From Octopus bimaculoides (lineage: Eukaryota), in NCBI RefSeq assembly GCF_001194135.2, contig NC_068986.1, forward strand, positions 90,540,739 to 90,604,738: 64,000 nucleotides of DNA, given 5' to 3'. Both the position numbers and the translations under genes were made by a program. Positions 34,451 to 47,844 of this stretch are shown piece after piece. The notes under the pieces were generated by a model. The model did not search any database and was not told where the DNA came from. It saw only the letters and a list, made by a program, of their open reading frames with translations. Each line of letters opens with the position of its first letter. The stretch's first letter is position 1.

Positions 34451-35324
34451 GACTCAGTCTCTGTGTGTTGTGTATGCATGTATGTATGTATGTACGTATG
34501 TATGTATGTATCGATGGATGGATGGATGGTTGTATGCATTATGTTGAACGAATGAGAGGAGTACGCAATGCAACTTGTAGAATATATGGTTTATTGAAGC
34601 TTCTATAAACATAATTTATCAACTTTAGCCTCTCTTAAAAGTAAACAAAGTGATTACATTTCAATTTTTTTCTTATTTCTCTGAGGACAAAAAGAAAAAA
34701 AAATTGGGGTCGATGTGTCTGCCTTGTAGTGTTTTGAGAAGTTCATAAAACATTATACTCATTTGTCCTTATAAATAACAATAAAGTACATTTGTACCTT
34801 TTAGCTATTTAAAGACTAGGACACAGTTTAACTAGCTCGTCTAATTTGCATTATAGTGCATGCGCTGAAATGTAAAGTATACGTTCTTGTGATAAACATA
34901 CAGTTTTATACTCGATGTGAAAAATAATGCTGTTATACTACAGTTTCTGCTTTTAGCTTGCAGTTTTTCATTAAAATATCTTTGTTACAAACAGTCTAGT
35001 TATATCACTAATTTCAAACAACATGTTATACATTACTGACAACAGAGAGATTAAAGAGCATCGAAAATAGAATTTGCAATTAACAGCCTTTCAGTTCTTT
35101 AGAAGCCATTTCATCCAAGATCGGTTCCTTCCAGGTTGCGTAAATGTGCTGCATCGTGCAAACTGGAAAATAAGACAATATTTAAAAATGCAATTCTAAT
35201 TAATTTGTTCAGCATAGAAAGGAATATTGATCACAATGAATTAGAGTCTCATGAACTAAAACAGCGGAAATTATCGGGGATTATGATAAAAACAAGGGAG
35301 ATAATTAAAAAATCCTGAACATTT

Positions 35325-35528
35325 GACTGCGGCCATGCTGGAGCACCGCCTTTAGTCGAGCAAATCGACCCCAAGACTTATTCTTTGTAAGCCTAGTACT
35401 TATTCTATCGATCTCTTTTTGCCGAACCGCTAAGTTACGGGGACGTAAACACACTAGCATCGGTTGTCAAGCGATGGTGGGGGGGGGGNNNNNNNNNNNN
35501 NNNNNNNNNNNNNNNNNNNNNNNNNNNN

Positions 35529-35566
<38 letters not shown>

Positions 35567-35722
35567 GACGGGCTTCTTTCAGTTTCCGTCTACCAAATCC
35601 ACTCACAAGGCTTTGGTCGGCCCGAGGCTATAGCAGAAGACACTTGCCCAAGGTGCCACGCAGTGGGACTGAACCCGGAACCATGTGGTTGGTAAGCAAG
35701 CTACTTACCACACAGCCACTCC
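35325..35722 (-). mobile_element. SINE A, both ends clipped, no TSD
   Basis: Reverse complement of family A with an internal gap. Junctions are microhomologies with the host segment. Confidence 0.88.
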
Positions 35723-36009
35723 TGGGTAGGTTTTTGATTATTTTCCCTCTTCACTGGAAGGAAATTTGAAATCGAAGGTTCATCACTTATATTATTAATT
35801 TTTATCATTGGATCATATATTTTAATCATATACCTCATACCTATTGAATCAAATGTTTTACATTCGAGTCCCTAGATTGATTCGAATTTTTTTTAATTAA
35901 CTAATCCCGTAATTTGTAATTGAACGGTAGAGTGCCCATCCAGACTATTTGATGTTGCTGTGCACCGCTGGTCACAATGCTCTTTCTTATATTGTAGCTT
36001 TCGCATGAT

Positions 36010-36145
36010 ACTACTCTTCTGGATAGCAGGTTTGCAGTTGAATAGACGGGAAGTGAAGTGTTTTGCTCAAGAACACTACGCACCACTGGTCTAGGAATCG
36101 AAACCACGACTATTCGATCATCCTTAGTGCAACACCTGAACCATG
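36010..36145 (-). mobile_element. SINE E-like head fragment
   Basis: AAGTGTTTTGCTCAAGAACAC...GGAATCGAAACCACGAC. Confidence 0.6.
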
Positions 36146-36528
36146 AAGAATTTCAGTCGGACGAATCGATCCTAGTCTTTCTTTTCTTAAAACCTGGTAC
36201 TTGTTCTGTTAGTCACTTTTGCGAACCACCAAATTTTGGGGAGCTAAACACACCAACACGAGGGACAAATACAGACGCTAAACACACAAACACACACAGA
36301 AAGTATGCAACAGTTTACTTACCCAAATTTTTGTCTACACGAATCCGCGCAATAGTCTTCTTCGTAATGCTGCAGGTAAATGTTACACAATGATTCTTGA
36401 AAATACCAGGCAGTTTATCACCATCTTTCAAGCAATTTCCTTTATTATCTTTACAAACTGAAAACACGATCGAAAATTATCGTTATGACCTGCTGAGATA
36501 TGCACTTGCAAAAATGGATAGCGATCTC

Positions 36529-36603
<75 letters not shown>

Positions 36604-37519
36604 NNNNNNNNNNNNNNNNNNNNNNNNNNNNNNNNNNNNNNNNNNNNNNNNNNNNNNNNNNNNNNNNNNNNNNNNNNNNNNNNNNNNNNNNNNNNNNNNN
36701 NNNNNNNNNNNNNNNNNNNNNNNNNNNNNNNNNNNNNNNNNNNNNNNNNNNNNNNNNNNNNNNNNNNNNNNNNNNNNNNNNNNNNNNNNNNNNNNNNNNN
36801 NNNNNNNNNNNNNNNNNNNNNNNNNNNNNNNNNNNNNNNNNNNNNNNNNNNNNNNNNNNNNNNNNNNNNNNNNNNNNNNNNNNNNNNNNNNNNNNNNNNN
36901 NNNNNNNNNNNNNNNNNNNNNNNNNNNNNNNNNNNNNNNNNNNNNNNNNNNNNNNNNNNNNNNNNNNNNNNNNNNNNNNNNNNNNNNNNNNNNNNNNNNN
37001 NNNNNNNNNNNNNNNNNNNNNNNNNNNNNNNNNNNNNNNNNNNNNNNNNNNNNNNNNNNNNNNNNNNNNNNNNNNNNNNNNNNNNNNNNNNNNNNNNNNN
37101 NNNNNNNNNNNNNNNNNNNNNNNNNNNNNNNNNNNNNNNNNNNNNNNNNNNNNNNNNNNNNNNNNNNNNNNNNNNNNNNNNNNNNNNNNNNNNNNNNNNN
37201 NNNNNNNNNNNNNNNNNNNNNNNNNNNNNNNNNNNNNNNNNNNNNNNNNNNNNNNNNNNNNNNNNNNNNNNNNNNNNNNNNNNNNNNNNNNNNNNNNNNN
37301 NNNNNNNNNNNNNNNNNNNNNNNNNNNNNNNNNNNNNNNNNNNNNNNNNNNNNNNNNNNNNNNNNNNNNNNNNNNNNNNNNNNNNNNNNNNNNNTATATA
37401 TATATATATATATATATATTAACCATAAGGACTCACTTTTACATGTATATAAATATTCAATCCTGAATATTTGCTGGTGATTGTGTGTGTGTGTGTGTGT
37501 GTGTAAAAATAGGAATAGA

Positions 37520-38480
37520 ACTAAATGATATAGACGCTACCTCATATAGGCCAGGAATGGAAGCACATTGTACGCCGTTCCTAGAAGAAATCGCAACCTG
37601 ATTGTTTTCATTTTCTACAGCACGTTCCATGATAGCTTCCCTTGCCCATCTGTCCCACATGTCACCCATGCACATTGGCTTCTTAAACTTGATTGAAGTA
37701 GTGGCACGCTCCTCCTCTTCCATATAGCAATATCCTTGGTCACAACATCTCAAATGTTCTTGTTTAGGCAAATTATCCATTGGTTCTGCATGTCCTACTC
37801 TTGTCCTTGTGTCTTTCACCGCAATTACCAATTTTTTCTTTTCTAAGGTGATCTCTGTCACCTTATCTTTTTACACATACCATTCCATTCCTGACAACAT
37901 CTGGACTAGCGACAAGAACAATATCAGAATGTAAAAAAAAATCTAATGTTTTGTCTTATCAGTGCATGGGAAACTGACCCGTAAATATTTATTCAGTCAA
38001 CACAGACAACTTAGGGAGTCTTTTTTTACTCTTCTAACCATGTTGAATGAAGCTCCAAATCATTTGAGCAGGCTCAGGAACAGACGCGTTTATGAATTAA
38101 TTCAGTGGCAGGAACTTTGACATCCTTCTTGTCAGCAAACCATAAGATATTTCACTCCCTTTATTTTGAGTTAGAATGTCGGGCTTAACTAATCGAACGA
38201 CGATATCATCTCCTTTCTTATGCATCTCTCTATTAAGCCCCAGTCCTGCTTTGCTGCCCCGTTTCCCAACGATCTCTACAATATGCTGCTCAACTATACT
38301 CTGGGATGCTCTGGCAATATTTGTTAAACTTGTATGATGTATCACTGTTACCTGGGGTACCTTTAGATCTCACCTTCGCAAACATCTCATCTCCTTTGAT
38401 TTTGAAATCTGAACGGTTGAAATGGATCTCAGGCGCTGGTGAGAACAACTCCTCAGTGAATAGATGTTGGGGGACACCAT
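37520..38480 (-). mobile_element. R2-group (Hero/NeSL-like) non-LTR retrotransposon remnant, internally deleted
   Basis: Hand translation gives KVRSKGTPG..SYKFNKYC, LLTRRMSKFL, AQMIWS, NIYGSVSHALIR...FF (RT domains 1-3), then WNVL.KM..IRLRFLLGTAYNVLP (C-terminal region). Confidence 0.7.
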
Positions 38481-38599
38481 GAAGAGTTTCTCAATTTATT
38501 TTTTCTTGCCAAATATTAAGAAAAAGACCATCACGAAATATAATATCTGCTTCAACACACGATTTCACATCAGGAATCTTGCAAAACAAATTCATAATC

Positions 38600-38638
<39 letters not shown>

Positions 38639-40705
38639 CACACGCACGCACGGGCGCACAAACACAAACGCACACACACACACACACACATACATGTGTG
38701 TATGTGTGTGTATATATATATATATACATACATACTATATATAAATGTATATAAATATATATATACATATATCATACATACATATATATGAATGTAATAA
38801 AAACAGACGAATGAGTTGTTCGGTATTGCTACAATTGTGTTGTTGAGAGTATTTATTGTGACGTATGCATAGTACAACCAACTATATGCATAATACCCAT
38901 AAGATTACGTAATATGTCACGCAACTCCGCAAGTTGCTAAATAAACAAGCGAGCAATGACACGGTGATTAATCAACAGATCAACAACAATGAAAATTTCT
39001 TGTCAGATTTACCAACATTTAAGAAATGTAAAGCGGGTTTTGATCAACGAAAATGGATAACAAGGTAATGCTGTAAAAGAAAAAACGGTTAAAGTTATTT
39101 ATATTCTATCGATGTCGTTCAACTTAGCAACTTCATTCATCAAAGCTTGTAGTAGCAGAACGTGTTTGTATACCGGCACCAAGCGTGATATCTGACTCAA
39201 TCAAAATATGTTGAAAGAATAGCCGCCGACCCAATTCATAAAAAACTATTTACAGTGTTGTATTGTTTTGAAGTTATCTACATTAAAAATTGACCTGGTT
39301 GATAAAATCCAGTGTTACTTATTCACTCAATTAACCTTGATAAACGTGCTTCGATAATTAATACTGAATCAATAGAATATTAGCTTTAATCAATGGAGGA
39401 TCAGTTAATTATAATTCAGGAAGAATGGCTTAAAGAAAGCCGTAGTTTAACGAAGTTCCCTCGAAATTTAAGAGAGGGAGGGAAAAGAAGAATATGGAGG
39501 AAAAAGAAAAGAAATAATAGAAAGGTAATACAATAAATTAAATAGAATGACTGGTCAACACATTGACAGGAAGGTGATATTGGCATAAACGAATAATTAT
39601 GCATCGTTGACTAATGAAAGTATTATAGGCAATAATCGGTGCTAACTTAGATATATGTCAATAAATTTGCGCACTTATTTTAGTTAGATATCGAGATTTA
39701 TAAACATCAGTTATTTAGCAGCAGAGAAGTTAGGAGCTGAATGCCCTAAATAATAAAGAAGGAAAACAGAACAGAAAATAATGAAAAACTATTGACCCAC
39801 CGTTTCTACTGATCAATATTGTCACAATATTATTTAGAATAAAACTAGCCAAATAAGATAATACATGTTCAGTAGATCGCTAACACACTACTATAAATAT
39901 TTAAAACTATTGAGAGTAATGAGAAAAAGTTAGAGAGCTTATAAAAATCATAAAGAATTATAAAGGCCATACATGCTAATTAATGGTAAATTAATTTGTA
40001 GGACTAAAACAAATTATAAAGAATTTTAAAGGGAGATAATGCAAATATTATTCGTATATCGTCTAAGGCTAGAAGTAAATAGAAAAGGTTAAATAAATTA
40101 TATTAAATATCGATCAAGTCGATACATTCTTGATATTAGTTGTTAGAACTAAGGGAAGGCAAAAATAGCTTAAATATGATCAGTTACAAACATAATAGCA
40201 TAGAAGATGCTATCTAAAATTATCCATGAATCTTATTATTAGTGATAAGGTCTATATTACAGGGATATATACATACGCATCTGATACTCAGGAGAGACTT
40301 TATAGAGTCGATTTAAAGCATTAGAAAGTACTTTGGATAGAATGCAGGCATTTCATCCTTAATTCATCTGACCTATTAATAACACCACCCGTGTATTTTA
40401 AGAGTTTCGCTTCGTCTCTTCTTTTAAATGTATGGCGATGATTACGTCATCTTGATGTAAAAATAGAAGTGGATCCCACGTAAGTGAAAGCACATTGATT
40501 AATTTTAACGTTACATTTATATATTGTATTTTTATCCTAGCGGACATTGAGATTTATTCCTCCAGTTACATAATATAGTTACTGTTGAAGTGCAAATATT
40601 ATGGGTTACATAATCTGCACCAATATACGGTACCCAATCATAATCAGTAGAATTGTTATGCGTGGTAACCACTCCATCGACAATATATTACCAAAATGCA
40701 TATGC

Positions 40706-40746
<41 letters not shown>

Positions 40747-43039
40747 GTGTGCCGGTGATATGAATTCGAGCAACAATGACGTAGAAAAGTATATTACATG
40801 GCATACAAGATAAACTCTTCATCTATTGTGAATTACCTTCCCTTCTAGGGAAAGTAAACAAGTACCTAGCTTCAGTGGTAACTGACTGAATGAGAAGAGT
40901 AAATTTTCCCAAGCAATAACAAATCTCCAGAAATTAATGCGCCGTTAAAGATGTTGCAACAAGTGCGAAATTCATATCTGTCGCAGTTGCGGTCGCTTCT
41001 GAAATTATTTCATTTCACCTAGCTCTGAAGTATAGAGTGTTTTATAACACAATACGTGTTTAAAAAGATTTTTTTCCGGGCACAAACTGCCGCTTTTGCT
41101 GTTTCAACTATACAGATATATATTTTGTATGTATAGAATTGCTTCTATTACATAATTTGAATTTGTTCTGCTTATGCTAGTGTATAGTTTATATACAAGT
41201 TGTATATACTTCAGAGTAGCTGTTTCGATTTTGTTTCGGGGCTGAGAGGAGTACATGAAATGATAAACTACAATAGCAGCGAAATACGTGACTGTCGACC
41301 TCACGGTCACTTCTGGGACGGTTTCGTTTCCCCTAGCTGTGAAATATATTATGTGTTTTTTTTCACACAATACGTCTGTAAACAGATTTTACACAGACGA
41401 AAACCGCAGGCTCTGGCGTTTCACTCACACACACACACATACATAAATTAAGCTTGTTGTATAGATAGCACACACACACACACACACACACATACACACA
41501 CACACATGCATACACGCACGCACACACATATGTATATAGTGAACGAATGAGATCCAGAGATTCTCAGTATAGATAACACTTTTATAGCGCTCAAATGGTT
41601 TCAACTTAATGAGGGACCATTTCTGCGGGAGTGAAGAGTGGCTATAAGAGGAATGAAATGGAGCAGATATGGAGGCTATCATACGGTAACGAAATTAAAT
41701 ATAACAGCTTGTGTGTGTGTGTGTGTGTGTGTGTGTATCTATTTATGTATACATGCAAGCAGAAAGAAACCAAAGACTGAAGATTTTCAGTTGATGAATA
41801 TTTATATATAAATATATAGATATCTATATATTAATAGATCAAACTTACACAAAGTACAAACGGCAGCGAATATTAAAGTGGAGAAATTAAGATGTTTTAA
41901 GTCCACCAACTGAGGGCTCGGAGGTCCATTTTAATGTTGGTAGATGTAGTTCACTAAAATATGCAGTCAGTAATGGAAACAAATAGGCATTGGATAAATC
42001 GAGCCACCATCATCAGAGTAGAAAAAAAAAATTATATTTTAGATCATGATGTTGAAAAGTTTAAAGGTGGGATCACCTTTAAACCAGAACGTACAATATT
42101 TTCCCCGCCTATAAACATGCCATCAATCCACTTCCTACGAAACCATATGTAAGGTCGACCGTGCGAACTCAAAAAGGAGAAATGGTGACGAATGGAAAAA
42201 CAGGACTCCTTTTATTTAAACGTGTCACACGGTCGAACACACAAATATTATATCTATGATGATATACTAATAATATGTCATGCTACGATAACATAGATGA
42301 CCAGTAATGAAAGACCACAACCGTATAAGATGAATAACAGAGATATTTATTGTGGCATTAAAGTGTACGTCTGTGTGAGAGTGTGAATGCGACATATAAG
42401 AACATAATCAAAGACAGGCCGTCGTACAAAGAAAAGTGTGTATGTGAGTGATACATGTGTGTGTACGTGAGTTATTACAGCAGATGGAAAGAGAGTCAAT
42501 AACACGTGAGCATTTATACCAGTTCTTTAGTACACAATAGTATGAGTCTGTATGTGATTCTTGTTATNNNNNNNNNNNNNNNNNNNNNNNNNNNNNNNNN
42601 NNNNNNNNNNNNNNNNNNNNNNNNNNNNNNNNNNNNNNNNNNNNNNNNNNNNNNNNNNNNNNNNNNNNNNNNNNNNNNNNNNNNNNNNNNNNNNNNNNNN
42701 NNNNNNNNNNNNNNNNNNNNNNNNNNNNNNNNNNNNNNNNNNNNNNNNNNNNNNNNNNNNNNNNNNNNNNNNCATAGAAAGTCGTGTAGACGCTGGTGGT
42801 GAAGAGGCTGCTTGGTAGTAATCGTGTTGGTCATGACGATGATGCTGGTTAGTAGTAATCGTAGAATCGTGTTGGTCATGACGATGATGCTGGTTAGTAG
42901 TCGTAGACTCGTGTTGCTGATGTGGCGACGGCGGTGGTCATCGTTGGCTGGACGAAGCTGTTGAAGTGGTCGCTGACTGATTGTTGCTGCTGCTGTCGTG
43001 TGGTACACGGAACAGTCTCTATAGAGAAACTGGACCGAG

Positions 43040-43210
43040 ACGAATTTGGCCGCCGAGTTAAAGCTATTTATAACACACTTTCGGCTCCCGAAGGCTTCAG
43101 AAACATACTCTATCACGTGACCTTATTAGGGGCCGTGATTGGTCAGTTTGCGTTCTGGCGGGAACGGTTCGAAGAAGTTGCCGCTTCGAATATTAATCAG
43201 TCACGTGATG
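43040..43210 (-). promoter_or_regulatory. Pol II promoter-like module (TATA, E-box, CCAAT, E-box) in a CpG-rich island
   Basis: On the minus strand: TATAAATAG 43064-43072, GTCACGTGA about 43113-43121, CCAATC 43137-43142 and TCACGTGAC 43200-43208. Confidence 0.5.
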
Positions 43211-44814
43211 ACAAGGAATGGGTTCCCTGCTACGCTCGCGTTTGTTTATATTTAAATGAGAAGATTGTATGTAATGGCGATAGTAGTTTTGTATCTAATG
43301 GCGATAGGTAGTTTTGTATGTAATGGCGATCGAGGTGTTAGTTTCACTACACATATTTTCGATCGAGTGTGCATAACTGAAATTTTTCATGATAGTAAAT
43401 TCAACCACTTCTGTATATTCATCAATTTATAAGTACCAGGAATAGTTATAAAATCATAATTTCAACAATTCAAGTCGCATATAATACAAGAAATCTAGAA
43501 AGTGGTAAATAACTATTCAAGAAATTATAAAAGCGAAACCTGTAGAAAACTATTTGGAATACAATTATGTTAAGGAACATTTTAACTTTTACTTACACGT
43601 TTCCAAAATCGATATTTTGTTTTTAACGCATATTAATTTCTTACATTCATACAATGTTCTAAATATGCCAAACATATCATTACAAATGCACATTCCGTAT
43701 AAGTAACATCCGTTACATACTGTAAAAGAAATAAAAGGCAAACATTATGTCTATGCTTGGAAGGTGAATAGGCATCTATGATTAGCTTCAGGTTTTGTAT
43801 ACTTGAAATGCTGGTGAATTGAATTCACTCAAATATGAACTTAGATTTCTGGATGTCAGTAATGTTAAAAGGAAATGTAGAGAAAGTTCGAGAGGGATAA
43901 AATGCGCGATAGATATGAGAGAATGTAATGTATAAGGTATCAGGAATTTAAAACGCGAGTAAAAGGACGGAAGTAAAATGGGCAGTAAATTTAGAAAGAC
44001 AGATTTAGAAAGACATAGATTTGGGAATATTTTTTACATTAATCTTTTTTAGAAGACTTTGCTTTGTAGTGAGTGGGCCAACGGTCTAACAAAAAAAAAT
44101 TATTATAGACATGTGTAACGGCTTTAGAAGGGTTACAAAAAAGACAAAAGGGAAGGTGATCCTGTGTCTTTTCTTGGATTGGCGACGTCTGTCGCTTTAA
44201 ACTAATATCCTTCTCAACGTAGTCAAGTTTGCTAAGATACCATTATACAGTTGGAATTTTAAAAATTATATTTTCGAGTACAATTACGTCTTGCAAGCTT
44301 AGAACTCCAGTGATTTATTATTGAGTCATAGTTTAAGCTTATTTCCATTTCCTTTAAATTCAGTACAATATCTGGAGATTTTAATATATTGGAGTGGACG
44401 GATAAACGGATAAAGAAGAGAGAGAGAGAGGTGGGCGGAAGAGAGATTATGGTTCTTATGTTAGTATCGTAGTATAAAGTTTGCAAGTTCAGTGGTATAG
44501 ATATTATGATAGGAGTTTAAGAACATTGAAACATACCCGCAGGTTGATATTGAATCGCAACATCAATGGGAAGGACTAGGAGTGAAAGCAAAACTTTTGA
44601 AAATGTATTATACATCTGTAAGTAAAATAGAATAAACACACGTAAAATATATACACGCCTTTTCATTTAATAAGGATTATGCGTTGATTTATTCTTTTAT
44701 TCTTTAACTGGTTACTTTTACAGGACTGCGGTCATGCCGGGGTACCACTCTAAAATGATATAGACGATCGTATCGACCCCAGTATTTATTCTTCATATCT
44801 ATTTGTCGAAACTA

Positions 44815-44994
44815 CGAGGGGGTGCTGAAAATGTTCTGGCTTCCCAATTCTTTTTACGTGGCTTAGAAAAGCTGAAGGACCACTGCAATAAGTGTGTGAA
44901 TCTGAGAGGGGAATATGATGAATAAAATCATAATTACCTGATCTTCCTGTATTTTCTTTTACCCCCAAACCAGGAACTTTTCAGCACGCCCTCG
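44815..44994 (+). mobile_element. 180-bp mariner deletion derivative (MITE)
   Basis: TIRs CGAGGG(G/C)GTGCTGAAAA with TA on both sides (44813-44814, 44995-44996). The interior encodes ..GLEKLKDHCNKCVNLRGEYDE*, a mariner C-terminus. Confidence 0.85.
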
Positions 44995-46254
44995 TATAAA
45001 TTGCGGAACATAAAAAGATGGATGCAAATACATACACAGCACACTCAGATGTACACGTATATATGTATGTGTGTATACATACATACGTACATACATACAT
45101 ACATACATACATACATACATACATACATACACACACACAAACGCACATAGATATATACGTGTTGTATGTATGTATGTGTGTGTGTGTGTGTGTGTGTGTA
45201 TTACCTCCCNNNNNNNNNNNNNNNNNNNNNNNNNNNNNNNNNNNNNNNNNNNNNNNNNNNNNNNNNNNNNNNNNNNNNNNNNNNNNNNNNNNNNNNNNNN
45301 NNNNNNNNNNNNNNNNNNNNNNNNNNNNNNNNNNNNNNNNNNNNNNNNNNNNNNNNNNNNNNNNNNNNNNNNNNNNNNNNNNNNNNNNNNNNNNNNNNNN
45401 NNNNNNNNNNNNNNNNNNNNNNNNNNNNNNNNNNNNNNNNNNNNNNNNNNNNNNNNNNNNNNNNNNNNNNNNNNNNNNNNNNNNNNNNNNNNNNNNNNNN
45501 NNNNNNNNNNNNNNNNNNNNNNNNNNNNNNNNNNNNNNNNNNNNNNNNNNNNNNNNNNNNNNNNNNNNNNNNNNNNNNNNNNNNNNNNNNNNNNNNNNNN
45601 NNNNNNNNNNNNNNNNNNNNNNNNNNNNNNNNNNNNNNNNNNNNNNNNNNNNNNNNNNNNNNNNNNNNNNNNNNNNNNNNNNNNNNNNNNNNNNNNNNNN
45701 NNNNNNNNNNNNNNNNNNNNNNNNNNNNNNNNNNNNNNNNNNNNNNNNNNNNNNNNNNNNNNNNNNNNNNNNNNNNNNNNNNNNNNNNNNNNNNNNNNNN
45801 NNNNNNNNNNNNNNNNNNNNNNNNNNNNNNNNNNNNNNNNNNNNNNNNNNNNNNNNNNNNNNNNNNNNNNNNNNNNNNNNNNNNNNNNNNNNNNNNNNNN
45901 NNNNNNNNNNNNNNNNNNNNNNNNNNNNNNNNNNNNNNNNNNNNNNNNNNNNNNNNNNNNNNNNNNNNNNNNNNNNNNNNNNNNNNNNNNNNNNNNNNNN
46001 NNNNNNNNNNNNNNNNNNNNNNNNNNNNNNNNNNNNNNNNNNNNNNNNNNNNNNNNNNNNNNNNNNNNNNNNNNNNNNNNNNNNNNNNNNNNNNNNNNNN
46101 NNNNNNNNNNNNNNNNNNNNNNNNNNNNNNNNNNNNNNNNNNNNNNNNNNNNNNNNNNNNNNNNNNNNNNTGATAGAATAAGTACTAGGCTTAAAAAATA
46201 AGTTCTGAAGTCGATTTGTTCCACTAAAACCCTTCAAAGCAGTGGCCCAGCAGA

Positions 46255-47844
46255 GGTTAGTAATAAAGTCACAGTTTTGACTTGGTAAAAAAAGTTACAG
46301 GAAAAATGTTACAATTAATTTATGGGGGCTGGTAATAAAGTCACAAGAAAAAAGTCAAAATGCCATCATATTTATATATGTTGGTATTACATGTATGAGA
46401 AAAAAAAAAAAGATTCACGTTTTGTTCATATCTTAAGCACAGTAAGGTAATCAAACAAAAAAATTTAAGTCAGCATTTTTTTGAAAGTACATGGCATGTA
46501 CAGATTGAAAACAACTTACATAATATCGTGGCATTACATGTATATTCAACGTTTTTAATGATGATGATTAAGACAAATATTCCAGCCAACGCCACGAAGA
46601 AATTCTGTCACAGTCTTGTGGTCCCCCTGTCGAGCAACACACAAGTTGTGAAGGCGTTCTTGTAGCTGCACATAGCGTCGACGAGCTCTTCTTTGAGTGG
46701 GGTTGCCAACAGCGTCCTGCTGGATAATGGTGCTCACTGTCGCTTCTTCACGTTGAAACTATGCAATGACGCGCCAGAGTGAAGGATAGTAGTGAGGTTC
46801 AGGAATTTATTATTCCACCCTTCACAGCTGGCGTTGTTGTTCACGGCATTGTTCATGTTGTTCACAAGCGTTGTTGTTCATGGTGGCGTCCTGCACATTC
46901 TGTAGGTGAGGGGCAAACATTGGTTGAATGTGACGCATTCTCAGAGGTATCAGAGTATCACCTGACATGGCAACTGGAGCCACTAACATTAAGTACAATC
47001 GAAGTACATGAGCAACTCCTCGGCTTCAAGTGGATCTTGTGGAATGACAGTTTTGAGGTATCTCATACTTTCATTAACGTCTTCAAGGGGCAAAAAAGCT
47101 AGAGCATCAATCATGTCACAAAGCAAACGAAACTCAGCATTGGTATTTTAATGTGTTCCCAAACCCAGTTCCTGGATCTTACGCCAAGTAGACTGCGCAA
47201 GATGATAGAAACAACCTTTGTTCTCTACGTCGGAGCCAAACATTGCAAGAACAGCTCTCAATACACCATCTTCAAAATCAGTCACCACGGTTTGCACATT
47301 AATAGAATAGCTTAGGTCTGCATACTTATCAACTATAGCCTGAAAGAGTTCTTCGTAGGTGGCACGAGTCTTGTTTGAAAGAAGAGCATACACTGAAGTA
47401 ACAGATGTAAGACCGAAAGGGACACGAATGGCATAGATCTATTTGAAAATATTTGGAACCTAGCAAAGTTGCCATCCATATATAGAGTATGAACTCCAGC
47501 AAAGAGTCTGAGGCCATCACAAGTACCATACACTAGAATGAGGTTTGCATTTGGTCCGTTATCATAGAGTAAGAACTCTTCGGGATTAGGGCCAACTGTT
47601 ATAGTATAGACAGTAGGAAGTTCATTTAGATTTTTTAGCAAACATGGTACAGGAAGAGTAGGCTGTTTGTTGCGCAGAGTTCGTGACTCATTAATTTACC
47701 ATCAGTTCTGCATACATCTTTATACAAATTGATTGACATATTAACCTTAAAACAGTGAGAATTCTACAGTTAGCCTTTCTATTAAAGAAAGACGCAGAAA
47801 TAGTGCTAACGTTGCCTTCTTTAAAATTATTTTTTCCTGTGACT
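46255..47844 (-). mobile_element. Mutator-like (MULE) DNA transposon, decayed
   Basis: LYMDGNF, YALLSNKTRATY, VVTDFE, GCFYHLAQSTWRKIQELGL and CEGWNNKF. AAAGTCACAG/GTCACAGGAAAAA-type terminal repeats occur at both ends. Confidence 0.85.

Noticed and set aside
38900-40430. A-rich stretch that might be an ancient LINE or PLE ORF
   Set aside because: No diagnostic motif recovered by eye; it needs tBLASTx.
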